DNA of 64,000 bases, taken from contig NC_042998.1 of assembly GCF_006345805.1 (NCBI RefSeq), forward strand, positions 36,394,001 to 36,458,000, written 5' to 3'. Position numbers and translations under genes: made by a program. The DNA is from Octopus sinensis (taxonomy: Eukaryota). Numbering within the stretch: position 1 is the first letter of the stretch; each line of letters starts with the position of its first letter. A model generated the notes under the pieces. The model saw nothing but the letters and a program-made list of their open reading frames with translations, was not told the DNA's origin and ran no database searches. Shown here piece after piece: positions 13,955 through 25,390 of the stretch.

Positions 13955-14227
13955 GCGTTTAAGACTTTGTATATTATTGCTTTCTTTTGTGTGGTGTCTA
14001 TGATGTTCTGTGGTATATTTAAGCGTAGATATGAACCTTCTTGAGTTAAGAGGGCTTTTGTCTGTTGTATTCGTTCTGTTGTGAAGTTTAGTATTGTCTT
14101 TTTTTGTTTTAACGCTTGTGCAAAATTTGGCTTGGTGGTTGTGTTGCTGGCATTTGTAGTAGTTGAGGTTGTAGTAGTGGTGCTGTTGTTGGCAGTTATG
14201 GTAGACGGCAAAACGACGATATAATTG

Positions 14228-14258
<31 letters not shown>

Positions 14259-14760
14259 CGGTGGTAGTGGTGATGTTTGTGGCAGAGTTTTCCGTAGTAG
14301 TAGTAGTAGTGGTTGACTGTGAAGTTGTCGTCTGGGTGCTTCCAAATTGTGTGTCGGCGGTGGCGGCGGTGTGGCGTCCATGATCACACCTGTACCTGTG
14401 TTGCTTCTCCCCCTTCTTCCCTCCTTCACGAAGCTGTGGGGAAGGCAGGGTAGGGAAATCAACGTCGTAAGCGTTGTCAAGGAGACCAGCGTTCCTTTCG
14501 ACAACGACTTCATGGCTTGAAGACGCCTTCCTTAAAGCAAAAATGGCTAAGAAAGCCGTAAACAAATTTACAAAATCGGGAAACACGTCACACGGGGCAG
14601 GTTTCCCGTGCAAAGAATTCGCACAACCGAATGTATTAGTTGTTGCACAACCTTTACATAAAAATATATCCAAACACAAACTTTTCAAGGCAATAAAAGC
14701 AATTATTAGTTCGTCCTCGTAATAAAAGGCAAACTTACTACGAGCTGATGTGACTATCTT
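13955..14760 (-). mobile_element. 5' part (UTR plus ORF1 start) of a Tx1/L1-like element with Thr/Asn-rich low complexity
   Basis: TKPNFAQAL...IIDTTQKKAIIYKVLN resembles TKPSFSDA...ETIQAIKEKMVTYRVYN in ORF1 at 47970+. Truncated at a (GATA)n tract. Confidence 0.5.
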
Positions 14761-14766
14761 CCGTCC

Positions 14767-14819
<53 letters not shown>

Positions 14820-14952
14820 TCATAATTACAATCAAGGAACGGCCATAATAGGCCATTCACCCACTAGAAATAACAGCCAAAAAGCTTCAACAAACCGCAA
14901 AATAACATTAATTCCGTAAATCAGGAGAAAATTAAAAAACATTTACCCTGAA

Positions 14953-15058
14953 ATTCCTTAGACGATGCACCGTTTCTTCTACTGTTTAATGGTAAATTAC
15001 CTGATTAAATTAAATCAAGCCAATCTACCATAGGCCCTTAGATTCATCAGTAAGGAAT
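14953..15058 (-). ncRNA. Type I hammerhead ribozyme motif (first array unit; repeated in all 8 forward units)
   Basis: Minus strand reads attcctta-CTGATGA-a-tcta[58 nt]taga-a-GAAAC-ggtgcatc-GTC-taaggaat. Stem I is 8 bp, the core is intact and stem III is self-complementary. Confidence 0.7.
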
Positions 15059-18000
15059 AGCCAAATCGGAACAGATATTTTTCACGAGGCATTCTCGTCC
15101 ATGCCTCGCCAATATCTGACCTAAAATTTTCAAATCGTCGCACTCGCGCCAAATTTATCGGCAGCAAATAAATATAAGCCGCCGATTCCATTACGGAACC
15201 AACCAGAAAATTCATAATTATCAATATAGGGAGGCAAAAAAAATTTTGTAGAATTCTTTTGCCCCCAGCGGCCTAGTGGGAAAAAATTAAATAGTCATAA
15301 ACCATTTTTAAGTTCAATATCACAATCAAGGAACGGCCATAATAGGCCATTCACCCACTAGAATAACAGCCAAAAAGCTTCACCGCAAAATAACATTAAT
15401 TCCGTAAATCAGGAGAAAATTAAAAAACATTTACCCTGAAATTCCTTAGACGATGCACCGTTTCTTCTAACTGTTTAATGGTAAATTAACCTGATTAAAT
15501 TAAATCAAGCCATCTACCATAGGCCCTTAGATTCATCAGTAAGGAATAGCCAAATCGGAACAGATATTTTTCACGAGGCATTCTCGTCCATGCCTCGCCA
15601 ATATCTGACCTAAAATTTTCAAATCGTCGCACTCGCGCCAAATTTATCGGCAGCAAATAAATATAAGCCGCCGATTCCATTACGGAACCAACCAGAAAAT
15701 TCATAATTAATCAATATAGGGAGGCAAAAAAAATTTTGTAGAATTCTTTTGCCCCCAGCGGCCTAGTGGGAAAAAATTAAATAGTCATAAACCATTTTTA
15801 AGTTCAATATCACAACAATCAAGGAACGGCCATAATAGGCCATTCACCCACTAGAAATAACAGCCAAAAAGCTTCAACCGCAAAATAACATTAATTCCGT
15901 AAATCAGGAGAAAATTAAAAAACATTTACCCTGAAATTCCTTAGACGATGCACCGTTTCTTCTACTGTTTAATGGTAAATTAACCTGATTAAATTAAATC
16001 AAGCCAATCTACCATAGGCCCTTAGATTCATCAGTAAGGAATAGCCAAATCGGAACAGATATTTTTCACGAGGCATTCTCGTCCATGCCTCGCCAATATC
16101 TGACCTAAAATTTTCAAATCGTCGCACTCGCGCCAAATTTATCGGCAGCAAATAAATATAAGCCGCCGATTCCATACGGAACCAACCAGAAAATTCATAA
16201 TTAATCATATAGGGAGGCAAAAAAAAATTTTGTAGAATTCTTTTGCCCCCAGCGCCTAGTGGGAAAAAATTAAATAGTCATAAACCATTTTTAAGTTCAA
16301 TATCACAATCAAGGAACGGCCATAATAGGCCATTCACCCACTAGAAATAACAGCCAAAAAGCTTCAACCGCAAAATAACATTAATTCCGTAAATCAGGAG
16401 AAAATTAAAAAACATTTACCCTGAAATTCCTTAGACGATGCACCGTTTCTTCTACTGTTTAATGGTAAATTAACCTGATTAAATTAAATCAAGCCAATCT
16501 ACCATAGGCCCTTCGATTCATCAGTAAGGAATAGCCAAATCGGAACAGATATTTTTCACGAGGCATTCTCGTCCATGCCTCGCCAATATCTGACCTAAAA
16601 TTTTCAAATCGTCGCACTCGCGCCAAATTTATCGGCAGCAAATAAATATAAGCCGCCGATTCCATTACGGAACCAACCAGAAAATTCATAATTAATCAAT
16701 ATAGGGAGGCAAAAAAAATTTTGTAGAATTCTTTTGCCCCCAGCGGCCTAGTGGGAAAAAATTAAATAGTCATAAACCATTTTTAAGTTCAATATCACAA
16801 TCAAGGAACGGCCATAATAGGCCATTCACCCACTAGAAATAACAGCCAAAAAGCTCAACCGCAAAATAACATTAATTCCGTAAATCAGGAGAAAATTAAA
16901 AAACATTTACCCTGAAATTCCTTAGACGATGCACCGTTTCTTCTACTGTTTAATGGTAAATTAACCTGATTAAATTAAATCAAGCCAATCTACCATAGGC
17001 CCTTAGATTCATCAGTAAGGAATAGCCAAATCGGAACAGATATTTTTCACGAGGCATTCTCGTCCATGCCTCGCCAATATCTGACCTAAAATTTTCAAAT
17101 CGTCGCACTCGCGCCAAATTTATCGGCAGCAAATAAATATAAGCCGCCGATTCCATTACGGAACCAACCAGAAAATTCATAATTAATCAATATAGGGAGG
17201 CAAAAAAAATTTTGTAGAATTCTTTTGCCCCCAGCGGCCTAGTGGGAAAAAATTAAATAGTCATAAACCATTTTTAAGTTCAATATCACAATCAAGGAAC
17301 GGCCATAATAGGCCATTCACCCTAGAAATAACAGCCAAAAAGCTTCAACCGCAAAATAACATTAATTCCGTAAATCAGGAGAAAATTAAAAAACATTTAC
17401 CCTGAAATTCCTTAGACGATGCACCGTTCTTCTACTGTTTAATGGTAAATTAACCTGATTAAATTAAATCAAGCCAATCTACCATAGGCCCTTAGATTCA
17501 TCAGTAAGGAATAGCCAAATCGGAACAGATATTTTTCACGAGGCATTCTCGTCCATGCCTCGCCAATATCTGACCTAAAATTTTCAAATCGTCGCACTCG
17601 CGCCAAATTTATCGGCAGCAAATAAATATAAGCCGCCGATTCCATTACGGAACCAACCAGAAAATTCATAATTAATCAATATAGGGAGGCAAAAAAAATT
17701 TTGTAGAATTCTTTTGCCCCCAGCGGCCTAGTGGGAAAAAATTAAATAGTCATAAACCATTTTTAAGTTCAATATCACAATCAAGGAACGGCCATAATAG
17801 GCCATTCACCCACTAGAAATAACAGCCAAAAAGCTTCAACCGCAAAATAACATTAATTCCGTAAATCAGGAGAAAATTAAAAAACATTTACCCTGAATTC
17901 CTTAGACGATGCACCGTTTCTTCTACTGTTTAATGGTAAATTAACCTGATTAAATTAAATCAAGCCAATCTACCATAGGCCCTTAGATTCATCAGTAAGG

Positions 18001-18930
18001 AATAGCAAATCGGAACAGATATTTTTCACGAGGCATTCTCGTCCATGCCTCGCCAATATCTGACCTAAAATTTTCAAATCGTCGCACTCGCGCCAAATTT
18101 ATCGGCAGCAAATAAATATAAGCCGCCGATTCCATTACGGAACCAACCAGAAAATTCATAATTAATCAATATAGGGAGGCAAAAAAAATTTTGTAGAATT
18201 CTTTTGCCCCCAGCGGCCTAGTGGGAAAAAATTAAATAGTCATAAACCATTTTTAAGTTCAATATCACAATCAAGGAACGGCCATAATAGGCCATTCACC
18301 ACTAGAAATAACAGCCAAAAAGCTTCAACCGCAAAATAACATTAATTCCGTAAATCAGGAGAAAATTAAAAAACTTTACCCTGAAATTCCTTAGACGATG
18401 CACCGTTTCTTCTACTGTTTAATGGTAAATTAACCTGATTAAATAAATCAAGCCAATCTACCATAGGCCCTTAGATTCATCAGTAAGGAATAGCCAAATC
18501 GGAACAGATATTTTTCACGAGGCATTCTCGTCCATGCCTCGCCAATATCTGACCTAAAATTTTTTAATTTTCTCCTGATTTACGGAATTAATGTTATTTT
18601 GCGGTTGAAGCTTTTTGGCTGTTATTTCTAGTGGGTGAATGGCCTATTATGGCCGTTCCTTGATTGTGATATTGAACTTAAAAATGGTTTATGACTATTT
18701 AATTTTTTCCCACTAGGCCGCTGGGGGCAAAAGAATTCTACAAAATTTTTTTTGCCTCCCTATATTGATTAATTATGAATTTTCTGGTTGGTTCCGTAAT
18801 GGAATCGGCGGCTTATATTTATTTGCTGCCGATAATTTGGCGCGAGTGCGACGATTTGAAAATTTTAGGTCAGATATTGGCGAGGCATGGGCGAGAATGC
18901 CTCGTGAAAAATATCTGTTCCGATTTGGCT

Positions 18931-19037
18931 ATTCCTTACTGATGAATCTAAGGGCCTATGGTAGATTGGCTTGATTTAATTTAATCAGGTTAATTTACCA
19001 TTAAACAGTAGAAGAAACGGTGCATCGTCTAAGGAAT
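18931..19037 (+). ncRNA. Type I hammerhead ribozyme motif in the inverted array unit
   Basis: attcctta 18931-38, CTGATGA 18939-45, GAAAC 19014-18, GTC 19027-29, taaggaat 19030-37. Confidence 0.7.
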
Positions 19038-19243
19038 TTCAGGGTAATGTTTTTTAATTTTCTCCTGATTTACGGAATTAATGTTATTTTGCGGTTGAAG
19101 CTTTTTGGCTGTTATTTCTAGTGGTGAATGGCCTATTATGGCCGTTCCTTGATTGTGATATATATATATATTATATATATATATATATAATATATATATA
19201 TATTTACCTGAGTAAACACAATTTTCTGCTGCTTTAAATATAG

Positions 19244-19277
<34 letters not shown>

Positions 19278-20137
19278 AGAGAGAGAGAGAGATAGATAGA
19301 TAGATAGATTCGTGCACTAAGACGGTATTGATCCTGCAACCTTGTGTGTGTGTGTGTGTGTGTGTTTGTGTGAGTGTATGTGTGTTTGTGTGAGTGTGTC
19401 TGTGTGTGCGTGCGTCGTATGTCTGCGTACCTGTGTCTGTGTGTATAATTACGGATATAGAGAAACGGTCAGATATATGCGCATAATCGTATACCCGTAT
19501 TCGCACGCCCATGCATACGCACACACACACACACCCACACACAGAAACATAACCACACTCGTGCAGATATGTCACTTAATATGTTTGTCTTTGTGACGTG
19601 TCGAAAAGGACAGGTCTGTTGAAATTGTCTTGTTTAGTTACAACTATTTATGAATACAAAATCCGATGCCATTAATGCCTCAGTTCTTTTCACGTGAAAC
19701 CAAATGATCCATCATTCAGAAATGTTTCTGTAAAGATAAAGCATGATATTTGATTTGATAATACACACTCAATTATATTTATCCTAGCGCATATCTGTCT
19801 GCGCGGGGGCGTGTCGATCAATCTCGTAATCAATTTAGATATATTTTTCTCTAGATGTTTATCTACAATCACCAAAGTCTTTAAAATGTTTGTATTTAAT
19901 TAAACTTGTAAAGATCCATAAAGGCAAGTATTCAAATATTGTTTTCCTCGGTTTGTTATGCATCATGTATGACTGTCAGTCGGCATGCCTTTATCTCTGC
20001 GTCGAAGCAAATGTTTATGTTTGTCGACATGAGCATGTCTGTTGCTGTTGGTGTAGCCATGTTTGTATACGAATGACTGTTATCTTTATATGTTTAAGCT
20101 TATGTAAGATTATTTTCTTTAACACACATTTTTCTCT

Positions 20138-20178
<41 letters not shown>

Positions 20179-20354
20179 AACATACATACATAGACATCTC
20201 CCCACGTAAATATATGTATGCAAGTATGTATGTGAGCGGCTGCGGTCAAATGACTGAAACAAGAAAAAGAATAAAAGAATATGTACACCAGCATACAATT
20301 GCATATATATGTATGCAGGTGTACATAACCACTGTACTATATATCAACTGCAAT

Positions 20355-20384
20355 ATCTATCTATCTGTCTGTTTGTCTGTCTGG

Positions 20385-20440
<56 letters not shown>

Positions 20441-20531
20441 TTATCTATGTATCTATCTGTCTGTCTGTCTGTCTATCTATCTATCCATCCATCCATCCAT
20501 CCATCCATCCATCTATCTATCTATCTATCTA

Positions 20532-20616
<85 letters not shown>

Positions 20617-20623
20617 GTATCTA

Positions 20624-20657
<34 letters not shown>

Positions 20658-20670
20658 CATCTATCTATCT
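20355..20670. repeat. (TATC)n/(TGTC)n/(CATC)n microsatellite (similar tracts at 13898-13953, 21007-21280, 29940-30050, 32068-32250)
   Basis: Direct. Confidence 0.95.
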
Positions 20671-20689
20671 AAAAAAAAATATAACATGT

Positions 20690-21005
20690 GACTCCATTGA
20701 CCGAGGTTACCGTGGTCTTTTCCGTAGGCTTTTCTTTCCACGGGTAAACCTCACCTGTCCTCCCCTTTACACTTCATATTGACATTTCTGTGATAACGAT
20801 CCCTATTGATCAATTTTTTTTTTCCTCTCCCCCTTTTTTTTTAACCCCCTTTTTTTGTCCTCTTTCTCTCCTTTTACGATCCCTTTTGATCGAAACTCCC
20901 CCTTCCCTCTTTTTTTTTCTTTTTTTTTTGTAAACCTTCAAAAGAAAAGCTCTACCTTGTAATTTGTTCTATCTGTGTGCAGCCCTGTGTGGCTAATAAA
21001 GAAAC
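20690..21005 (+). mobile_element. 3'UTR/terminus of a Tx1-like LINE
   Basis: Shares cgt(a/g)gtcttttccgtaggcttt with the UTR at about 21688-21710. Ends gccctgtgtggctaataaagaaa directly before (TATC)n. Confidence 0.6.
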
Positions 21006-21006
21006 A

Positions 21007-21087
<81 letters not shown>

Positions 21088-21310
21088 TTCTGTCTATCTA
21101 TCTATCTATCTATCTATCTCTATCTATCTATCTCTCTACCCATCCATCGATCTGTGTGTCTGTCTTTCCGTCTCTCTGTCTGTCTATGTATGTATGTATG
21201 TATGTATGTATGTATGTATGTATGTATGTATGTATGTATGTATGTATGTATGTATCTATCTATCTATCTATCTTTCTATCTAGCTAGCTGTTTGTCTGTT
21301 TGTTTATATG

Positions 21311-21720
21311 GGACGAGTTTGCTTGTCGGCCGAGTATATCGTGAAAATTCCTCCACCACCTTCCCTTAACCGGGTAGGCAAGGCAGTTTTCATCGTGCTG
21401 GTGGCTATGTTGAAAGAATGTGTGTAGTGGACTCGAGCGAAAAGTTTAGAGACATCAGTTTCCTCTCTGGCCAATCGCTCATCAATTTTTTCAAGTACCT
21501 TTTTTAAAGTAAGGTGACAACAGGGAGGCAAGTTTTGTCTCGTGGAAGATTCAATAAAAGGTAGGTGAATGTAGCAAAGATGGTACGCGCGAGTGACGAA
21601 ACCGCTCTGAGCATGATCTTGTAAATCGGAAAAAGAGAGAGGACACTTTGCTCTCATGTGTTTTTTCCCTCCCCTGCCTGAAGTTATCGTAGTCTTTTCC
21701 GTAGGCTTTACTTTTAGTGA
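21311..21720 (+). mobile_element. Tx1/L1-clade ORF2 C-terminal fragment plus start of 3'UTR
   Basis: GRVCLSAEYIVKIPPPPSLNRVGKAVFIVLVAMLKECV aligns with GRVQLSAGSMIKMIPPTGLSKEGKACFYCTVAVLKECV at about 52600. Confidence 0.75.
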
Positions 21721-21977
21721 ATAAACATGTCGGAGGACATGTGAATTGGAATCCCATGGGAATAGGTCTTAGAGCTCATTCTTTTATTCATTTACTTGTT
21801 TCAGTCATTGGGCGTGGCCATGCTGGGGCATTAGTTCAAGAATTTTAGTCGAATGAATCGTCCTGTTTTGTCCTGTTTTCCCGATCGATTAAATCTCTAT
21901 TTCTTACACACACGCATACACAAACAAACACACACACCCTCTCTCCCCCCACACACATACATATTTATATATATATA

Positions 21978-22147
21978 TTGTTTGTTCCTTCTCGAGCCAC
22001 GCCTGGCTCATTAGGGCCAGTTTTCCAGTTTCCTTGGCGTATAGGTTCCCCACTTGGACGGGACGCCGGTCCGTCGCAGGTGAGCTGCAAGATGCAGGAG
22101 GAAAGAGTGAGAGAAAGTTGTGGCGAAAGAATCAGCAGAAGTTCGCC

Positions 22148-22149
<2 letters not shown>
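21978..22149 (-). mobile_element. 5'-truncated SINE sharing its central domain with the SINE at 22279
   Basis: The reverse complement contains tctttcgccacaactttctctcactctttc; the 3' tail differs. Confidence 0.65.
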
Positions 22150-22241
<92 letters not shown>

Positions 22242-22278
22242 ATATATATTATATATATATATGTGTGTGTGTGTGTGT

Positions 22279-22582
22279 GGAGGCGCAATGGCGCAGTGGT
22301 TAGGGTAGCGGTCTCGCGGTCGTAGGATCGCGGTTTCGATTCCCAGACCGGGCGTTGTGAGTGTTTATTGAGCGAAAACACCCAAAGTTCCACGAGGCTC
22401 CGACAGGGGCGGGGGGTGGCGATCCCTGCTGTACTCTTTCGCCACAACTTTCTCTCACTCTTTCTTCTGTTGGCCTGCTCGCTTAGCCAGCGGGATGGCG
22501 TCATTTGAAAGCTAAAACAATGCGAAGCGCATTGTGACTAGCGATGTGTAAAACATCTGATAGCCTGATCGGTCACAGTGAT
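22279..22582 (+). mobile_element. tRNA-derived SINE family 3, apparently full length
   Basis: A box tggcgcagtgg 22289-22299, B box ggtttcgattcc 22332-22343, then a non-tRNA body; flanked by TG/TA repeats. Confidence 0.8.
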
Positions 22583-22868
22583 TTATATATATATGTTAAA
22601 TTCAACTTACGTTGAATGTCAACAAGCAAAGTTTGCTTTAGAAGCGTTGAGATGTATTAAAAGATGCAGATAAGGAAATAATTTTATTCTCAAACACAGG
22701 ATAATGCTAATATTATAACATGAACAGGATAAACTATCCATATTTTGCAGAAAAATGTGTTGGCGGCCAGCCATGAGACACGAACTCACATCCTTGTGAT
22801 TTAGCATTATCCTGCTTTTGAGGATAAAATTATTTCTTTATCTGTGTGTATGTATGTATATATATATA

Positions 22869-22904
<36 letters not shown>

Positions 22905-22911
<7 letters not shown>

Positions 22912-23065
22912 CGACGGGTCCCTTTCATTTTTATCTACAAAATCTGCACACGTGACTCTGGGCGGCCTGAGGTTATAGTAGAAAATACTAACCCAAGGTG
23001 CCACGCAGTGGGACTGAACCAGGAACTATGTGGTTTCGAATCGAACTTCTTACCACACACCCTCG
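22905..23065 (-). mobile_element. SINE family 2 (partial copy also at 23285-23372)
   Basis: Contains ggtgccacgcagtgggactgaacc, the reverse complement of the family 2 body. Confidence 0.65.
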
Positions 23066-24699
23066 CCAGATCTTTGGAAATGAAATGAAGTTTTGTAGAC
23101 AAATTCATTTAATGCCCATATTACCAGCTCTTTTGCATGTTTCAATCATTAGACTGCGGTCATGCTGGAGTACTACCTTTTACCCTTTTATTTGTTTCAG
23201 TCATTTGACTGCGGCCATGATGGAGCACTGCCTTTAATCGAACAAATCTACCCCTGGACTCATTCTTTGTAAGCCTAGTACTTATTCTATCCGAGGCTAT
23301 AGTAGTAGAAGTTGTCACGCAGTGGGTCTGAACCCAGAACCATGTGGTTGATAAGCAAGTAACTTACCACACAACCAACTCCAGCGACCACAGTATTTAG
23401 TTGAAACTTATTCTAATGATGTCTACAATGGTTCTGATCATTAGTATCACATGAAATTATTGAGTTGAAAAAACTGCTGGAAATTCTGTGAATAAATTAT
23501 TCTTCAGAGAAAAGTTCTCGAGTCATCAGCTCTTCTAAGGTATACACAATAGAAAGGGTGTTATGACTTGAACCAGAGATTTGTGATATCACCTAGTAAC
23601 TTAAAACAATTAAATAAATATTCTAGTTTGCTGAAGTCACTATTCGCACATCGGGTTGCAGTAATTAATTTATTGTGTTCGAATTGAGATGTGTGGTGTT
23701 GCCAAATAAATACTTGGAAACCTTTCTGCTGCAATTGTTTAATTTTCTCGTCACGTCGTTCAAATAGGGTAAAGTACTGAAATATTTGCTCAGAAAGAAT
23801 GCAACAACGCGTAATTGTTTGATTTCTTGGGAATATAAGGACGATGGCTTATTTGTAAAGTCAATGGCTTTGGATAGCTTAAAGTCAAAAGTTATGGTAG
23901 TCCGTATACTGCTACTAGTAGTCTCCACAAACCAGAAACAAAACTGTAGTTAAATTGTACAGAGCAAGTGCAGAGTAATTAGAGCTTGTCTCTCACTATA
24001 TACAAACGAGTGTCCATTAATTAAAATTATTCCTGCAATTTATACGTTTCTTTAATTCTAGCAATTCTTCTTGTGTCATATTCTTCCAGAAAATGCATTT
24101 GTTATGAATCATTTCACTTCTCGCTCCCAATTGCTTCCTAATGAAGATATTAAATTATCTTACATAAAAGTCAAAAGAAATTTCGACGAAACCGTTAGCT
24201 GCTATTTCTCTTCAGAATGGCAGATTTAAGCGGAAGAAGCGAAAGATGATTCCTGTATTTGGAGATTTTGTAAAATGATTTTGTCCGTAAAACCGTATTT
24301 ATTTCAACGGTATCGTTATACACTGCTGTGTTCATAAATCGACTTCCCTTGAATGCTCCTATCTTCGTTAGTTTTCATCTTTCGTCAGCCATCACGGCCA
24401 AGGTCATGCTGGAGCGCTGTCTTCTTACGGTTATAAACGTTTGTCATTGAAAATTTGCAGTTGCATTTCTTTATGAAAACTGATAAAAAAAGACCGGAAT
24501 TGACAATAAAAAAACAACTATCATTCACAATTCGATGACTCATGTAACCATTTGATCCAACAGAATACAATTAAAACTGTTTTTTTTTTCATGAGATTAT
24601 CTTAAAGATTTTATATCCTGCAGAACAAGCGTAAACCAAATCGACATTTGAATTTTTTCTGTATCATAGAGGAAATGAGAGTTCAGAACTGAAAGCTCG

Positions 24700-25140
24700 A
24701 AAAACTCCTTCAAATATAATGTGCTCCCTCGATTTTTGTTGACTTGTTTAACCCGGAGTAAGGGAAGTGCGTGTGTCTTCACTCTAATTGGGTGACCCAT
24801 TGCGGATATGACCCACAATGTTTTTGTGGCAGGTACCGTCTCACATATGAAAGCAATAAACGACTGTGGTATTGTAAAGTACCAAAATTTGTTGAGGAGT
24901 GAAATATCTTCTGACTCAAGAGCGACGGTCGTTAGGATGCAGTTCTAGCTTTGGGAATTTGAGATCCTCTGTAATTGCCTGACCAAATAATCGGAGCGAT
25001 GGTGAGGACTCTCCTTGAGAATTGCTTCTGCTTAAAGAAACAGTATTACGATAATCTTGCATCGTTTATAAGTAACCTTTGCATTTTCTTGCTGTTAAAG
25101 TAGACAAAAATTGCATAACCTCATTCGAGGTTACTTTTGT
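24700..25140 (-). pseudogene. Degraded L2/CR1/Jockey-group LINE RT C-terminal remnant
   Basis: Minus strand LRLFGQAITEDLKF...VRRYFTPQQILVLYN..CFHM*DG resembles the LGVTI..DLxW / RxxFTPxQLLxLYKA..YCSHxW region. Confidence 0.5.
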
Positions 25141-25164
25141 TTGGAGTGTCTCTCTTCACGGTAC

Positions 25165-25390
25165 ATATTTCTTTATTACCCACAAGGGGCTAAACATAGA
25201 GGGGACAAACAAGGACAGACATACGTATTAAGTCGATTACATCGACCCCAGTGCGGAACTGGTACTTAATTTGTCGACCCCGAAAGGCAAAGTCAACCGC
25301 GGCGGAATTTGAACTCACAACGTAACGACAGGCGAAATACCGCTAAGCATTTCGCCCGGCGTGCTAACGTTTCTGCCAGCTCGCCACCTT
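25165..25390 (-). mobile_element. SINE family 1 monomer with tail A and a short TSD
   Basis: Head-core-A ending cccttgtgggtaataaagaaat; direct repeat cttcacggtac at 25154-25164 and 25388-25398. Confidence 0.85.

Larger units (their letters stand above)
14828..19158. repeat. Tandem array of about 491-bp hammerhead-containing units (7 full plus 1 partial) followed by about 1.2 inverted units, flanked by (TA)n
   Basis: Unit starts (acaatcaagg) at 14828, 15322, 15815, 16305, 16797, 17288, 17777 and 18267. Inversion junction at 18560-18563; inverted part 18560-19158. Confidence 0.97.

Noticed and set aside
15015-15224. 66-73 aa ORF repeated in each array unit (AYIYLL...DIGE) as a GIY-YIG remnant
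   Set aside because: Motif spacing is wrong, there is no CxxC, and its recurrence just reflects unit identity; indels shift its start between copies.
15225-15285. Helitron 3' end (hairpin plus CTAG) in the array unit
   Set aside because: It lies internal to the unit rather than at the element ends, and there is no 5' TC or A/T insertion signature.
14828-18563. CRISPR-like or rDNA/snRNA gene array
   Set aside because: Units are wholly repeated with no unique spacers, and I recognise no rRNA, 5S, tRNA or snRNA sequence or convincing Pol III boxes.
22279-22350. Functional tRNA gene
   Set aside because: It has A/B boxes but no proper acceptor stem closure and continues into a SINE body.
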